Shown piece by piece: positions 41,616-59,237 of a stretch of 64,000 nt of DNA. The translations under genes were made by a program, and so were the position numbers. The stretch spans positions 4,340,001 through 4,404,000 of the forward strand of contig CM022675.1 of the NCBI GenBank assembly GCA_012295275.1, in the 5' to 3' direction. Within the stretch, counting starts at the first letter, position 1, and every line of letters begins with the position of its first letter. The notes beneath the pieces are model-generated. The model had not been told where the DNA came from. It did not search any database and worked only from the letters and a program-made list of their open reading frames with translations. This stretch comes from Chrysomallon squamiferum (taxonomy: Eukaryota > Animalia > Mollusca).

Positions 41616-42164
41616 TTTGTTTGTTTATTTATTTATTTATTTGTTTTGTGTTTTGTAGGGAAAGCGGTGTTACTGTAAAATCTCTGACACAGCAAGTCCT
41701 GTGAAGTCAACTACAAAACGAGTTCGATGTGCAGGGACATATGAAGAATTCTGCGGAGGACGAAACACAATTTCTGTTTACAGAACAGGTGAGACTAATA
41801 ACTTTAGCAAGTTTTTAAATATTTATCTTTTTATATTATTTTACTAACATCAGTAAAACAAACAAACGGATGAATGTATGAACAAACGAATGAATGAATT
41901 AAGGAATGAATGCACTGATGCAGAGATAATTATAATAATATATAAATTACTTCATTACAGATCTTCCGTCTTCACTTCAAATCGACGACAGCGCTGACGG
42001 AATCAAGCGCTGCGGCTACGTCAAGTTCAATTCTGACAGTTTTACAATTGGTTTTGAAAACTGTGACAGCTACAAAGCATACACACTTTATACAGGTAAT
42101 AGTTTTAACAAAGTTCAAATATCTGATAAATAAATAAATAAATAATCTGATAATGATGATGATG

Positions 42165-42231
<67 letters not shown>

Positions 42232-43124
42232 AAGAAAGATGTAATATAAAAATTAAATAAAATGAAATATTCGTTCATTATAACATCATATTCAATATTT
42301 TTTTTTAGGTTACTGTGATTCTGAAACTTGTATTTCAAAGCGGAGAATGTCATGGAACTATGCAAGCAGACAGTTTGACATGTTTAAAGTAAGCAGCAGT
42401 ACAGTCTCATCACTGCAGAATCTGCTACAAACAAATCTTTACTACTGGATTGGACTCCACAGAGATGTCAGATGGCTGTGGATTGATGGTAAATATGTTT
42501 TTACATGTTGTGTTGTGAATATGTGTGTGTAAGTATGTGTTTGTTTCTTTGTGTGTTAGTTATATTAAACTTTTTCATGTTGTTGATAATGTTTATTTAA
42601 TTGATGTTCGTGTTGCTGCTGAAAGCGACAAAGAATAGACATTCAGATCTGTTGTTACTTCTTCCTGTGTGTTATACAAATTTCTAACATACTTGTTTTA
42701 AATCTTGCAGGTAGTGTAGTATCGTTTCAGACACCAGTTTCAGAAGGTGATTTTAAAATGCTGTTCTGGTTAACAAAAAATAACAGATTATATTACAGTT
42801 ACAAATCAGACAGAAACACTCCAGCTGTTTGTCAGAAATGTAAGTATAAAACAACACGGTAAAACGAACTGTTAAAAAGTCGATTTGTTTATTAATTAAT
42901 AATAATTTTAGACAAACAGACCCATATACAAATAAGTATGTCTCTAGGTATGTGTTTGTATGTTTGTAAGTACATATTTTGTATATATAACTGTATGTAG
43001 TATACACGTATTATGGCATATATGTGTGTGTATGTATTATGTACGTATTAATATATGCATTAAGTTATGAAATCAAAATCTTCTAAGTTCAAAACCAGTT
43101 ATCTATAATTTATACTACGACTAT

Positions 43125-43204
<80 letters not shown>

Positions 43205-45022
43205 TAGTTAACAGAAGACATAGAAACTTTTTGAATAAACAAAATCAATAAATAACATCTTCTAGAGTCAATATTTTGTATATTCACAGATAATGTAACT
43301 ACACCAGGGGAGATAATTCCAACAAAACAATCCGGTGAGACAGAACATTCATCAAATTCATCAGGTTAGTTTTAATTTTACTGTTGTGTTTAACAGATTT
43401 ATGTAACTAAATTTAATTTACTAGATATATTTGACTAGATTTTATTTATTTATTTGTTTTATGATTTATTTATTTACTTGTTTCAGTTTATTAGATTTAA
43501 TTTACTAGGTTTTTATTTAGTAGATTTATTTACAACTCTTACTAAATGCAATTCTTAATTTTAATTTGTTAGATTTATTTACTAGTTTTAATACACTAAA
43601 TTTATTTTATTGATTTTATGACTAGTATTCATTTACTAGATTTGTTTAAATTAATTAAGTTTATTTATTTTTATTTTTATACCCAGTTTCTGATGCTAGA
43701 TAGATTTTTTAATTTACAAGAATTATTCTAAATCTTATTAAAATTAATTAAATCAATTTTCACTCTTTTAATTATTCTGTTTTACCCCTTCTATCTTATT
43801 TACCTTTTGTATTTTTAAAATACTGTTTTATATAATTTAAATTGAAAATAGGGCAAATAATGCGTTATATCTGTGTTAAAACTAGTAAAATTATTTCAGT
43901 AATAAGTGAAAAAAAAACAAAAAAACATAAATAGATATATACATACATACATACAAACATTTACATAGTTAACTGTACTTAGATTAAAATCAATGTTATT
44001 ATGTAACTATTTTCAGCATATGTTGGTGGTGGTGTCGCTGCTGCTGTAGCAGTGTTGGTCTTCATTGTTGTCGTTGTAGTTTGGACTAAACGGTGAGAAT
44101 TTTCTGTAATCAGTCATTAAATAAAATAATGAGGTTGATGAAACAGAAAAACAGAAAACAAATAGCATTAAATATGAAAGAAAAAATAGAGAACATAAAA
44201 GAATGAATGAATGAAAAAAAAAAAAAAGTTATGTGTTCTTGATTATGTTTGTTACAAAAGCTAAAACAAAGGAAAGAGTAGAGAAAGAAAGCTATGAACG
44301 AAAAAAAAAAAGGTATGAAAGAATGAGAAAGATATCAATGAAAGAAAGAAAAGTATGAAACAAAGTAAAAGATAGAAAAATATGATACAAAGTAAAAGAT
44401 AGAAAAAATATGAGTGAAAGTAAAAAAAAAGAATCTACATATTTCACTGTTATTCTTCTCAGTTAACGTCAGTTTAATTTGAAATGTAAAATAGTTTTTC
44501 CTTTGAATTATCAGAGTCGTCACGACAGAAACTCGTATAATAAAACTAATTTAGCATTTCACAGTTTAAATTTAAATAATATCATCATTTTTCAGAACAC
44601 GTCGATTTTGTTTCAAAACTCAGAAGTTACCAGAATCAAGAATTAATTTTAACAAAAGAAACAATGAAATCAGCTCTGCTGAACATTTACAACCTTGTCA
44701 CACAAATCCGAGTTTTGATGTAACAACGACATCAACGTCGGCGGATCATAAATGCGAATCAGAAAATCAAGGAAACCACAGTGTTTACTACAACGTCCCA
44801 AGCGGAGTTACAGTCAACATGGAAAACAGAAAGGATAACGACTACGACATCGCAGATGTTAAAGCACTTCCCATTAACAGATCTACTGGAGACTACGACA
44901 CAGCGGATATCAAGACAGCTACTACTACAACGACTGAAGTGGACAATCATCTCTCAGGCAGCATTGACGACGACAACTACAACAACATAGAAGAAAACAA
45001 AAACAACAACTTGTACATCTAA
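39747..45022 (+). CDS. Receptor copy 4: open spliced ORF (~526 aa) with short stalk and shortest tail
   Basis: Exons 39747-39813, 40586-40810, 41023-41159, 41659-41788, 41961-42095, 42309-42488 (YWIGLHRDVRWLWIDG), 42711-42839, 43290-43364, 44017-44092 (TM), 44596-45022. All introns are GT-AG and phase-consistent; the sum is 1581 nt. Confidence 0.82.
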
Positions 45023-45601
45023 CATCTACATCAACCGACTTGGTGGGGACGATGACAGCGACTACGACAGCGATAAGAAAAGGTAAAACAAAGAAAAAAC
45101 AACTGCAACAACATCTGACGTCTACAGCCACCTCGTTGATTCTGAAGACTACGACACCATGGACAGGAAACCTCCAACATCAACAACAACATCAGAAGTG
45201 TATAACCATCTTAACCAAAGTGACAGCGACAGCTACGACACCGCTTGATAAAGTGACTTCCGAATTATCGCTACGCAGTCTGTATAGACGAATTGCATTG
45301 ACTAACAACCAAATTCCCTCTAGCAAATCAGAAATCTCCGATAACATCGACGACGATTCCGACAACATAGACAACGTTTCTCAAGTCCATGGATTTAAAA
45401 GAATGTCAGTAGTAACTCGATCTATATTTTGATGCACAATGTGTCGTCTGCTATGAAGAGTTATTTTTTTTTTTTCATTTCATTTTTAATTATTTATTTA
45501 TTTATTTACTTTTTTGTTGTTGCTGTTGTTGGTGATGTTATTTTTATATTTTAAATTCATGTTAGCAGTATGCCATAGCACATTATTATTATTATTATTA
45601 C

Positions 45602-45637
<36 letters not shown>

Positions 45638-45651
45638 TATTATTATTATTA

Positions 45652-45698
<47 letters not shown>

Positions 45699-45968
45699 TA
45701 CCTCGTATTAGCAGTGCTTCACATCAGTATTTCAGTATTTAATTTGTTTTTGTTTTTTGCATTTATTTATTTAGTTACATATTTAAGTGTATTTGTATTT
45801 CATGCTAATATCTAATTGAACTTTTCGTCTGTGTGATTTATATTTTACATTATTTCTGTGATTTGTAAAATCTGTTTTTGTACTAACATTTTAAGTATTA
45901 ACCTGCAATGATCCAAAATTTGTCGCTTCAAGGAAGTGTTTTCTGTCTTTACACTTTTTTCTCTTTTC

Positions 45969-46116
<148 letters not shown>

Positions 46117-46298
46117 TTCATTTTATTTTATTGTTATTATTATAAAAGGTTAAGGAAACTTTATTCTAAATTCCGAAATCCTAAATTCGAGATTGTGATG
46201 TGTTACAATTTTCCAAAAGATGTAGCAATCACAAACTTTATATCATGCAGAAATGTGTTGTGCATGTGTATATATGTCTGTATGTGTCTCTGTGTATT

Positions 46299-46338
<40 letters not shown>

Positions 46339-47188
46339 TCTATATAGAGTATAATAATAAGTGAAATAAAAAACATCAAAGAAGAAAAGAATAGATATCT
46401 TTATATCGCATTACTTTATATTATATACTGAATATATATTATCAACTAAGGATATTTTAATATTTTATTTTAATAATTCTTGTCATTCATGTTACATTTT
46501 CTCAGTCGTACTGGAAGTGTGTTTCATACTAGTATTTTCACTGAACTTAATTTCATACTGGAATTGTATTTAGCAGCCACTGAAAAATTGCTTCATCTAC
46601 ATTTCTCTTAGTTTCTGGTCACGATTCGAAGTAAAATAACTTAATATAGAGTTAGCGTCTGTATTTTCGGTCCGCCATTTTTATTGACTTTTAAACCACT
46701 GATTTATTCTCTGTTTCAAGTGCTATTTGAATAAAAATTGGATAAATGGAAAATATTAAATCTTGTCTTTGTTTTATTGAATGAGTGTTACCTTGTAGTG
46801 TGAAGAAAAGGTTTAATCTCAGTTGGAAGTACTTTGGCATAGCGGCCATTTTGTTGTATTTCTCTGAACGTGTATCACTAACATCGTTCATACACTACTT
46901 GTTACGTTCACGTGGTTTTGTCTACGAGTTTTCTTCACACAAAAAGCCTCGACCAAACAAAACTTAAATATCTTAGTTTCATTTGTTTGTCCAGTAAAAA
47001 ATGTCTGGTCACGCGAAAGAAGGAGAAAAACTTGATGAAAACTTTCTGTAAGGTCTGTTAACTACTTTCCAGAGATAATCTTGCTTCAGAACAACCCTTT
47101 GAAGTTACAGATTTCCTCAAAACAGCAAACGTCACCAAAAGAAATTAAACATTAAAAAAATCATAACTTTGTAACTATTTCACTGGCA

Positions 47189-47264
<76 letters not shown>

Positions 47265-47806
47265 GTTTACCACAACTGTGCTTTTTTTTTCACAAAATAT
47301 ATTCAGGCTCAAACATTTCAACCTCTACTAACAACCTCGATTCAATTAAGTCAGACTTGGAGAGTGGTTGCTTTTGAGCCTTCACAGACAGTGTCCATCA
47401 GTAAAACAGTCTGAAGTTTCAATTAATTGATTACAACAAACAGCAAACTTTAACTAACACAGTGACTATCATCTCAAACCAGTATTATCAGTCACATATT
47501 CTTCAAAGACGATATGTATTTAATTGTAAATTTAAACAGAAAGAAAGAAAGATAATAATAATAACAATGACAATGTGTTAATGATATGTATAACAATGAG
47601 ACGAAAAAATAAAGAACAAGAAAGATAAACTATGTTGCAGTAAGAGATGGGGACAGATGAGGTCACGTGGGTAACAACTGTATTATGTAATTCGTGTGCG
47701 AGTGTTCTCCGGTATTTGCCGATCTGTGCTATCTTAAAACTGCGCGGTTTTCTCAAGTCAAATCACTTTGCACTCACACTCATCCTTAGAACTCAGTTGT
47801 ATGCTT

Positions 47807-49836
<2,030 letters not shown>

Positions 49837-50041
49837 CACTAGTGGCAGCATATAATTATTAAATAAGATATACGGGGACAAATTGAACTGTTAAATTTTA
49901 TTTTTATTTATGATACACACCCACGTGATTTTGACGTAATTAAACTAACACAAAAAATGTAGCCTATAAATTAAATACAAACACGTTTTATGTTTAAAAT
50001 CAAGGAGATTCACAGATAATGTTACAGGATATAACTAAATA

Positions 50042-50965
50042 AAGTGGAACCTCGGGTTACGAACCCCTCGAAGCTCGAGCAAATCTGATTACGAAACGTG
50101 ATCTGGAGCAAGGTTTGTCTCGGTTTACGAATAATGTCCCGAGTTACGAACTACAACGACGCGCCACGACAAGCTTTCTTTTGACGTCGGTTTTGACGTC
50201 ATCATCTACAAAAGATAAGAATAGATGCTTACGTCAAAATCTAGGTCAAAGTAAGGATTATAGACAATGCCCCATAGCAAATATATACACAGGCTGACAT
50301 TCGAAAATCCGGCAACCTCCGGACCTGAGGAGTGCCGGATTTTCAAAAATGCCGGACTTTTTTATGGCTGTGTGTGCTGTATATATTTAACAGAAAATTA
50401 CTACCTGTATACAGCAGCAAATAAATGATAAAATGAGAAGGAATGAGCAGGAATCTCTGTTAGCAGCTGCAAGCAAGTCTAAACAGCTGATTCTGGAGTA
50501 AGCTCCATGAAAACATAAACGGCGCCTCCAGAAAACAGAGGCGCGCCAACACAGTAAATTAGAAAATGCTCCAAAATCCATGCCAGAAATCTGAGGAAAC
50601 CAGATTTTCAGTAGCCAGATTTTTTAATGTCAACCTGTATTCAAATGAATTAGGGCCTTTAGTCTTCGATACGCAGGTGCAGCTCAATAGCTTTTGCATT
50701 CAGATTGCGTGCTCACATTTTTTAAAGTGTTGCTGCTTATTTTATATCTTTTATTATACCCTATCCAATACGGCGCCCAAGTAAACGAAAAGTTAAAGCG
50801 ATAATGCTGGTGGAAAGTATAAATGTATCAAGTACAGGTTAAGAAATAAATAACAGCAAAACATGAGAGTGACATTCGTGTGTCTGACATCTCTTCGGTT
50901 TCCGTACAATTCGGTTTAACAACCGACTTCTGGAACGAATTAAGTTCGAAACCGACGTTCCAGTG
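50042..50965. mobile_element. Tigger/pogo-type MITE with TA target duplication
   Basis: Ends aagtggaacctcgggttacgaac / gttcgaaaccgacgttccagtg, flanked by TA. It interrupts the spacer motif ggatataactaaa-ta-aat...aaag.gaatttaaaa that is intact in other units, and its TIRs resemble those of the 1-771 element. Confidence 0.72.
50290..50637. mobile_element. Second MITE nested inside the 50042-50965 element
   Basis: TIRs caggctgacattcgaaaatccggc / gccagattttttaatgtcaacctg, followed by TA. Confidence 0.65.
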
Positions 50966-50989
50966 TAAATTGAGAAAGCGAATTTAAAA

Positions 50990-51047
<58 letters not shown>

Positions 51048-52343
51048 TATTAGATTATTATTATTATCATTATTATATGACACCAGTCTACACGCTTTTG
51101 AACTGATGTTTACAGCTGGTCCCATAGTTCGGTCTAGTACATTAATGGTACGTGCCAAGTACGCATCACAAAATAGCGCAGAATCGGAAAAATGCGCAGA
51201 TTGTTGCTCAGTCCCGTGATCTAATAATGCGCAGCTCAGTGTTAAGATTGCGCAGATGGACAAATCGGGCTGAACATGTTTACTCGTGTTTTCCAGTTCA
51301 TTCGGCTTCACTTTAGACTAAAACATTTTCTTCTTCTTTTTTTTTGTTTTTTTTCCTAATGAGATTTTGCAATATATTACTTATCATAAATTTAGTAATA
51401 AAACGTGATGAGTACAAAAATGTGACAATACACCTTGTTATCTCATTACTGCCTGGGAGACCTGACATTCGTCAACTTCAAAGTTTCTAGTTTAACAAAC
51501 TGAAACAAGTAATTTTGTAGTATGGAGTGTGACTGCCATCTCTAAACATAAACAACACAAGCGACTTTATTGTATTATAAACAATCTTCAAATGAAAATG
51601 AGACAACAGGCAGGCAGAATTATAAACTGAATTTTTTTTACTTATTTTTTGTTTTTATTTATTGTTTTTATTTTCTTTTAATAGAAATAAAACATTTGCT
51701 CTATCTTTAAACCAGAAATATTCAAAATTTCTCGTGTTTATCAGGTTTGCAAAGAACTGAAGTAGACACTGGTCTTTAATCTAATATTGTCTGTACTCTC
51801 TGTAATCTTTACCTTGTCATCCTGAAAATTAGCTGGAAATGTGTCTGTGAAAATGTATGTATTTATATTTTGTGTGTTTGTTTGTGCGTGTGTCTAGATG
51901 TGTATGTATTCAGGTATGTATCTATTTATTTGCATGCATGTACTTGTATGGAGAGATACATGTATGTATTTATGTATGTATGCATTATATAATGCATGTA
52001 TATTTATATGTATGTATGTATGTATGTACGTATGTATGTGTGAAGGGAACTATTTATGTATTTGTATATACTCATGTATGAATATATGTATGTACAAAAA
52101 ACACACAAATATTATTGATAAAGTAATTTATCGTTGAAATAAACCCATACAACGGACGCATCACTTATAATTATAGGAAAACACAATTACAAACAATGCT
52201 TTCTATATAGCCAGATTCGTGACCTGTTTTCCTCTTTCTGTTAATATCTACTTCCTTGTTGATTTTAGCAAAACTCGGTTTTATATTGTCTTGCGTAAGA
52301 ATGTTCGTATATAAAAGTAAACAGAAGAAAACAAAAAGAAATA

Positions 52344-55300
52344 ATGAATTTAGGAACAGCAGTGATTATATTAACGATCTACAATCAGTTTACAGGTGCA
52401 GAAAGACTAGGTAAGTTTATTATTTATTTAAAATTAATTGATTCGTTGTACTTCAAGTCATTTGAAATATGTATAAGTCTAGAGGAGATAATTTAAACTT
52501 TAAATTTTATTTAAGTTTTATTTATTGAGATTTCTTGTATATGATGATTATGTTAAAAGCAGACCTTTTTCAAACTAGAGCCTGCTGAATGTTTAATCGA
52601 TGTTTAACATGAAATGCTCGTATCATTGTTAATAATAATAATAACAAGAAAAACAACAATGACAAGACGAACGACAGTAACAATAATAACTGTAACAACA
52701 TCAACAACAACAATAACGATGACAACAAACAACAATAACTGCATAGCATAACAACAATACGAAATAGGATTTAACATAACAGCATAAACCAACACGTTAT
52801 GACATAACATAGTTTAAAAATAAACTATTTACTATCAATTCAAAATTAGCTCACATATTTTGACGTAAGTAAGTATAAATGATAGCAACATTATATATAC
52901 AATAATATAACATAATGTTACATAACAATAATAATAACGAAGTAATATTACATATTACATATTGTACAACTTGACTAAGCTTGTCATCACATAACTAAGT
53001 AATTATTTATAAGTTTATAAAACATAACAGTATAAATATGTATAAATGTATACAATATAAAGAAAATACATTTGTAAAAATGTATATATAAAAACGTAAC
53101 ATAAAATTTCTTCAAGATAATGCAGCATAAATAATTAAGATAAATATTAATAAATGAACACAGGTCTGTGGTCTGAGAAAAAACAAGAAGAAATGTTAGA
53201 AGAATATTTTACACTGGATAAAAAACAAACTTGGTGGGAGGCAGCGTATTCTGGCTGTGAGGAGGCAGGAGGCAGACTCGTTGTTCATCATTCTGATTTA
53301 GACGAAAACAGTCTTCTTTCTCTAATGGAAGAAGACAAAGATTATTGGGTAGGAGGTTTTGAGACGTATACACCGTGGATTTGGACTGGTAGGTTTTATT
53401 TTGTTAATAATTTCAATGTTGTTTAGACCATAAATAAATGTTTAATGTTTTATCAAAGTTTTACTTTATAAATAAATCATAATCTACGACATCAGAAGTA
53501 ACAACAAAACCACTAATAACAATTATAATAAATGAATAAATAAATAGGCTGTTTCGTTTTTTGTGTGTTGTTATTGTTCTAGTTTTTGTTTTCAGAGACA
53601 AATGAAAAATTATTCCAGTACGTTGGAGATTTCGATGTTGGGAGTTTGAGTAGTAAATACTCAATACAAGACAATGATGCTTTTAAATGCTTCCAGCAAT
53701 GTAAACCGAGTAATAGAAAAATTGGTTTACAGGTTGGTAAATTCTTCTCTTCATAAAGTCTGAATTTAAAACAAAAAGTTTTAAATATATACTTGTTTTT
53801 TATTACCTGAATCACACACAGACAAATGGGACACACAGACAGGTGTACTTCTACTATTAAACTGTCACTGCGGCAACCAATACCACTACTTCATCTTCTA
53901 CTACTATTACCACTTCCACCACTACTACTACACATATCGTTCTTTTTATCATTATTATTATTATTATTATTATTCATTTATTTATTTATTTATTTATTTA
54001 CTTACATTGTGTTTTGTAGGGAAAGCGGTGTTTCTGTAAAATCTCTGACACAGCAAGTCCTGTGAAGTCAACTACAAAACGAGTTCGATGTGCAGGGACA
54101 TATGAAGAATACTGCGGAGGACGAAATACAGTTTCTATTTATAGAACAGGTGTCACTAATAACTTTAACAATTTTTAAAATATTTATCTTTTTTATATTA
54201 TTTTATTAACATCAGTAGAGCAAACGAATGTGTGAATATTTGAAAATACGAATGAATGAATGAACGAATGCCAGAAAGGACGAACATATCAATAAATGAA
54301 TGAATGTATAAAGTCTGGAATCAATGTACATCGATATAGTGATCATTATAACAATATATAAATCACTTCATTACAGATCTTCCGTCTTCAGTTACAATCG
54401 ACAACAGCGCTGACGGAATCAAGCGCTGCGGCTACGTCAAGTTCAATTCTGACAGTTTTACAATTGGTTTTCAAAACTGTGACAGCTACAGAGCATATAC
54501 ACTTTATACAGGTAATAGTTTTAACAAAGTTCAAATAAATAAATAAATAAATAAATAATCTCATAATGATGATGATGATGATGATGACGATTATTATTAT
54601 TATTAGTAGTAGTAGTAGTATTAGTATTAATGAAGAACGATGTAATATAAATAATACATAAAATGAAATATTCCTTCATTATAGTATTATTTTCATTATC
54701 TCTTTTAGATGACAGATCTTTCTTCTCATTTATCAGCTGTGATTCTAAAACTTGTGTCTCGTGGCGGAGGATGTCATGGAACTATGCAAGCAGACATTTT
54801 GACATGTTTAAAGTAAGCAGCAGTACAGTCTCATCACTGCAGAATCTGCTACAAACAAATCTTTACTACTGGATTGGACTCCACAGAGATGTCAAACTGC
54901 TGTGGATTGATGGTAAATTGTAGTCAGAAATCTGTATACATCTTGTGTTGTGTTTGTGTGGAAGTATGTGTTTGTTTCTTTTTGTTGTTAGTTATATTTA
55001 TCTTTTCATTGTTGTTGATAATCTTTATTTAACATATGTTCGTTTTGCTGCTGAAAGCGACAAAGAATAGATATTCAGTATTTATTGTTAGTTCTTCCTC
55101 TGTGTTATACAAAATTCCAACATACTTGTTTTAAATCTTGCAGGTAGTGTGGTATCGTTTCAGAAACCAGTTTCAGAAGTTGATCTTAAAAGGATGGTAT
55201 GGTTTACTGAAAATAACAGATTATATTACAATTACAAATCAGACCAAAAGACTGCAGCTATTTGTCAGAAATGTAAGTATAAAACAACACAGTAAAACAA

Positions 55301-57735
55301 ATTGTCAAAAAGTCGATTTGTTTATTAATTAATAAGAATTATAGAAAAAGAGACCCATATACAAATATGTATATCTCTAGGTGTGTGTTTGTATGTTTGT
55401 ATGTATGTAGTATGTATGTATGTTACGAAATCATAAATCTTCTAATTTCAAAACCAGTTATCTATCATTTATAATACTACTAATACTACGACCGCTACTA
55501 GTACTACTACTGCTACTACTACTACTAATAATAATAATAATAAAGTTAAAAGAAGACATACAAACTTTTTTGATGAAATAAATAAATAACATCTTCTAGA
55601 GTCAATATTTTGTATATTTACAGATAATGTAACTACACCAGGGGAGATAATTCTAACAAAACAATCCGGTGAGACAGAACATTCATCAAATTCGTCAGGT
55701 TAGTTTTAAGTTTACTGTTGTGTTTAACAGATTTATGTGACTAAATTTAACAAGATTGTTTTTATTTATTTGTTTTATGATTTATTTATTTACTTGTTTC
55801 AGTTTATTAGATTTAATTTTCTAGTTTTTAATTTACTAGATTTATTTACAACTTTTACTAAATGTAATTCTTAGTTTCAGTTTATTAGATTTAATTTTCT
55901 AGTTTTTAATTTACTAGATTTATTTACAACTTTTACTAAATGTTATTCTTAGTTTCAAATTATTAGATTTATTTACTACTTTTAATTCCCTAAATTAATT
56001 TTATTGATTTTATGACTAGTATTCATTTACTAGATTTGTTTAAATTAATTAAGTTTATTTATTTTTATTTTTATACCCAGTTTCTGTGTGCTAGATGGCT
56101 TATTTAATTTACAAGGATGATTTTAATTTACTAACTCTGCTTTGCTAGCTTTGTGTTAATTTACTAGATTTATTCTGCTAATCTTATTAAAATTAATTAA
56201 ATACATTTTCATTCTTTTAATTATTCTTTTTTCCCCCTCTATCTTATTTAATTTTTGTAAAAAAAAAAATGTTTCATATAATTGGAATTGGAAATAGGGC
56301 AAATAATACGTCATATTTGTGATAAAATTAGTAAAATTATTTTAATAATAAGTATAATAAATAAATAAAAATAAATAAATAGATAAATATATACATACTT
56401 ACATACATACATACGTGCATGCATACATACATACATACATATATACATACATACAAACATTTAGATAGTTAACTGTACTTAGATTAAAATCAAAGTTATT
56501 ATATGATTATTTTCAGCATATGTTGGTGGTGGTGTCGCTGCTGCTGTAGCAGTGTTGGTCTTCATTGTTGTCGTTGTAGTTTGGACTAAACGGTGAGGAT
56601 TTTCTGTACTCAATCATTAAATAAAATAATGAGATTGATGAAACAGAAAAACAGAAAACAAATAGCATGAAATATGAAAGAAAAAATAGAGAAGGAAAAA
56701 CAATGAATGAATGAAAAAGAAAGAAAAGTTATGTGTTCTTGATTATGTTTGTTACAAAAGCTAAAACAAAAGAAAGAATAGAGAAAGAAAGCTATGAACG
56801 AAAGAAAAAGATATATATGAATGAAAGATAGAAAGACAAGAAAGACCAAAAAAAGAAAGACATGAATAAACGAAAGAAAAAAGGTATGAAAGAATGAGAA
56901 AGATATGAATGAAAGAAAGAAAAGTATGAAACAAAGTAAAAGATAGAAAAAATATGAGTGAAAGTAAAAAAAGAATCTACATATTTCACTGTTATTCTTC
57001 TCAGTTAACGTCAGTTTAATTTGAAATGTAAAATAGTTTTTCCTTTGAATTATCAGAGTCGTCACGACAGAAACTCGTATAATAAAAATAATTTAGTATT
57101 TCACAGTTTAAATTTAAATAATATCTTCATTTTTCAGAACACGTCGATTTTGTTTTAATTCTCAGAAGTTACCAGAATCAAGAATTAATTTTAACAAAAG
57201 AAACAATGAAATCAGCTCTGCTGAAGATTTACAACGTGGTCACACAAATTCGAGTTTTGATGTAACAACGACATCGACGTCGACAGATCATAAATGTGAA
57301 TCAGAAAATCAAGGAAACCACAGTGTTTACTGCAACGTCCCTAGCGGAGTTACAGTCAACATGGAAAACAGAAATGATAACGACTACGACATCGCAGATG
57401 TTAAAGCTCTTGCCAATAACAGATCTACTGGAGACTACGACACAGCGAATATCAAGACAGCTACTACTACAACGTCTGAAGTGGACAATCATCTCTCAGG
57501 CAGCCATGACGGAGACTACAACAACATAGACACAACAAATACAACTCGTACATCTAACATCTACAACAACCTTGCTGGGGACGACAACGGTGACTATGAT
57601 ACCTACGATAAGGAAACGGTAGCAACTACGTCTCATGTCTACAGCCAGCTTGGTTTCGACAAAGACAGCGGCTACGACAGCACAAGCAAAAAAAAAGACG
57701 ACTATCTGACACCTACATCCACCTCAATTATATGA
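52344..57735 (+). CDS. Receptor copy 5: open spliced ORF (~591 aa) with short stalk and intermediate tail
   Basis: Exons 52344-52410, 53164-53388, 53596-53732, 54020-54149, 54377-54511, 54709-54912, 55144-55272, 55624-55698, 56517-56592 (TM), 57138-57735. Phase-consistent; the sum is 1776 nt. Confidence 0.84.
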
Positions 57736-58628
57736 AGACTACAACACCATGGACAGAAACCCTGCAACATCAACAACAACATCAGAACCTTATAGTCAGC
57801 TATCTTAACCAATCTGACGGTCAAACTACGACATCGCTTGATACTGCTACGTCGGCTTTACCAGTGCCCAGTCTGTGCAGACATACTGCCTCGTCTAACA
57901 ATCTAATTCCCACTAGGAAATCCGAAATATTTGATAACGTCCACGACGATTGCGACAACAACAACAACGTTTCTAAAAGCAGCTGATCTGTTTATTTTGT
58001 TCTGGAAAATTTGTATTGAAAAGAATCTCACTAGTAACTCGATCGATATTTTGATGCAAAATTTGTTTCTGCTAGGAAGTGTTTTTTTAAACCTATGGTA
58101 ACAGGGTCTCAGACCAGAGTTTCTTTTTTTATTTTTTTCTTTTTTTAAATTTTTGTTGTTGTTGTTGTTGTAGTTTTTTATATTAGCAGTGTTTCATCTT
58201 ATATTTATAATCATCATTATTATATATTATTATTATCATTATTATTATTATTATTATTATCATTATTATTATTATTATTATCATAAACTCTAGTTCAGTG
58301 TTTCCTAACAGTTTGTTTTTTGGTTGTTATTATTTTTTCTTTTTTATTATTATTTTTTTAAATCCGATGTTAATAATGTCTCATAGTGTTTTTATTGTTT
58401 GCATTATTTGTATTATTCTTTTCACCGTTATATGTTGTATTTGTACTTTATCCCAATATCTAAATATTCTTTTTGTCAGTGAGATTTATTTTTCACCTTG
58501 TTCCTGAGTTATGAGAGATCTGTTCTTAAACTATAAATTTTAGTATTAATCTGCACTGATGCAAAATTTGTCGCTTGAAGGAAGTGTTTTCTAAAATCCA
58601 CGTTAACAGTTACTTTTTTGTTTTGTTA

Positions 58629-58686
<58 letters not shown>

Positions 58687-59237
58687 TTATTATCTCTTTG
58701 CTTTTGTTGTTGTTGTTTTCCGTTTCGTACTGGAAGTCTGTTTTATACTAACTTTTTAATATTAATCTAACTTTATTGTGATACAGTAAACCTCACTACT
58801 ATTCAAATGGATCATCAGGTAAATCGATATATTTTGACTTTCGAATGATTGATTTATTCTTTGTTTCAAGTGCTATTTGAATAAAAACTGGATAAATTGA
58901 AAATTTGAATTCTTAATTTTGTGTTCATTGCACCAATGTTACTTTGTAGTGTGAATAAAATGTTTTAATTTTATTTGAAGTTCTTTGGAACAGCGGCCAT
59001 TTTGTATGGTTTTTCGAACTAGTATCACTAACATCGTTCATACACTACTTGTTACGTTCACGAGGTTTTGTCTACGAGTTTTCTTCATATAAACAGCCTC
59101 GACCAAACAAAAATTAAATATCTTAGTTTCAATTCATTGTCGAGTATAAAAGGTTTTGTCACCCGAAAGTAGTAGAAAAACCTGATGAAAATTTCTGTCA
59201 AGTCTGTTAACAATTTTCGAGAGACAATCTCGTTTCA

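Noticed and set aside
46785-46967. 60-aa ORF within the conserved 3'-flank block, which also has a YY1-like gcggccattttg
   Set aside because: The frame is not preserved in the paralogous blocks, and conservation is explicable by segmental duplication.
51083-51320. Possible short MITE (agtcta...tagact ends; partial copy at ~63765-63838)
   Set aside because: The terminal repeat is too short and no TSD is discernible; it may simply be shared spacer sequence.
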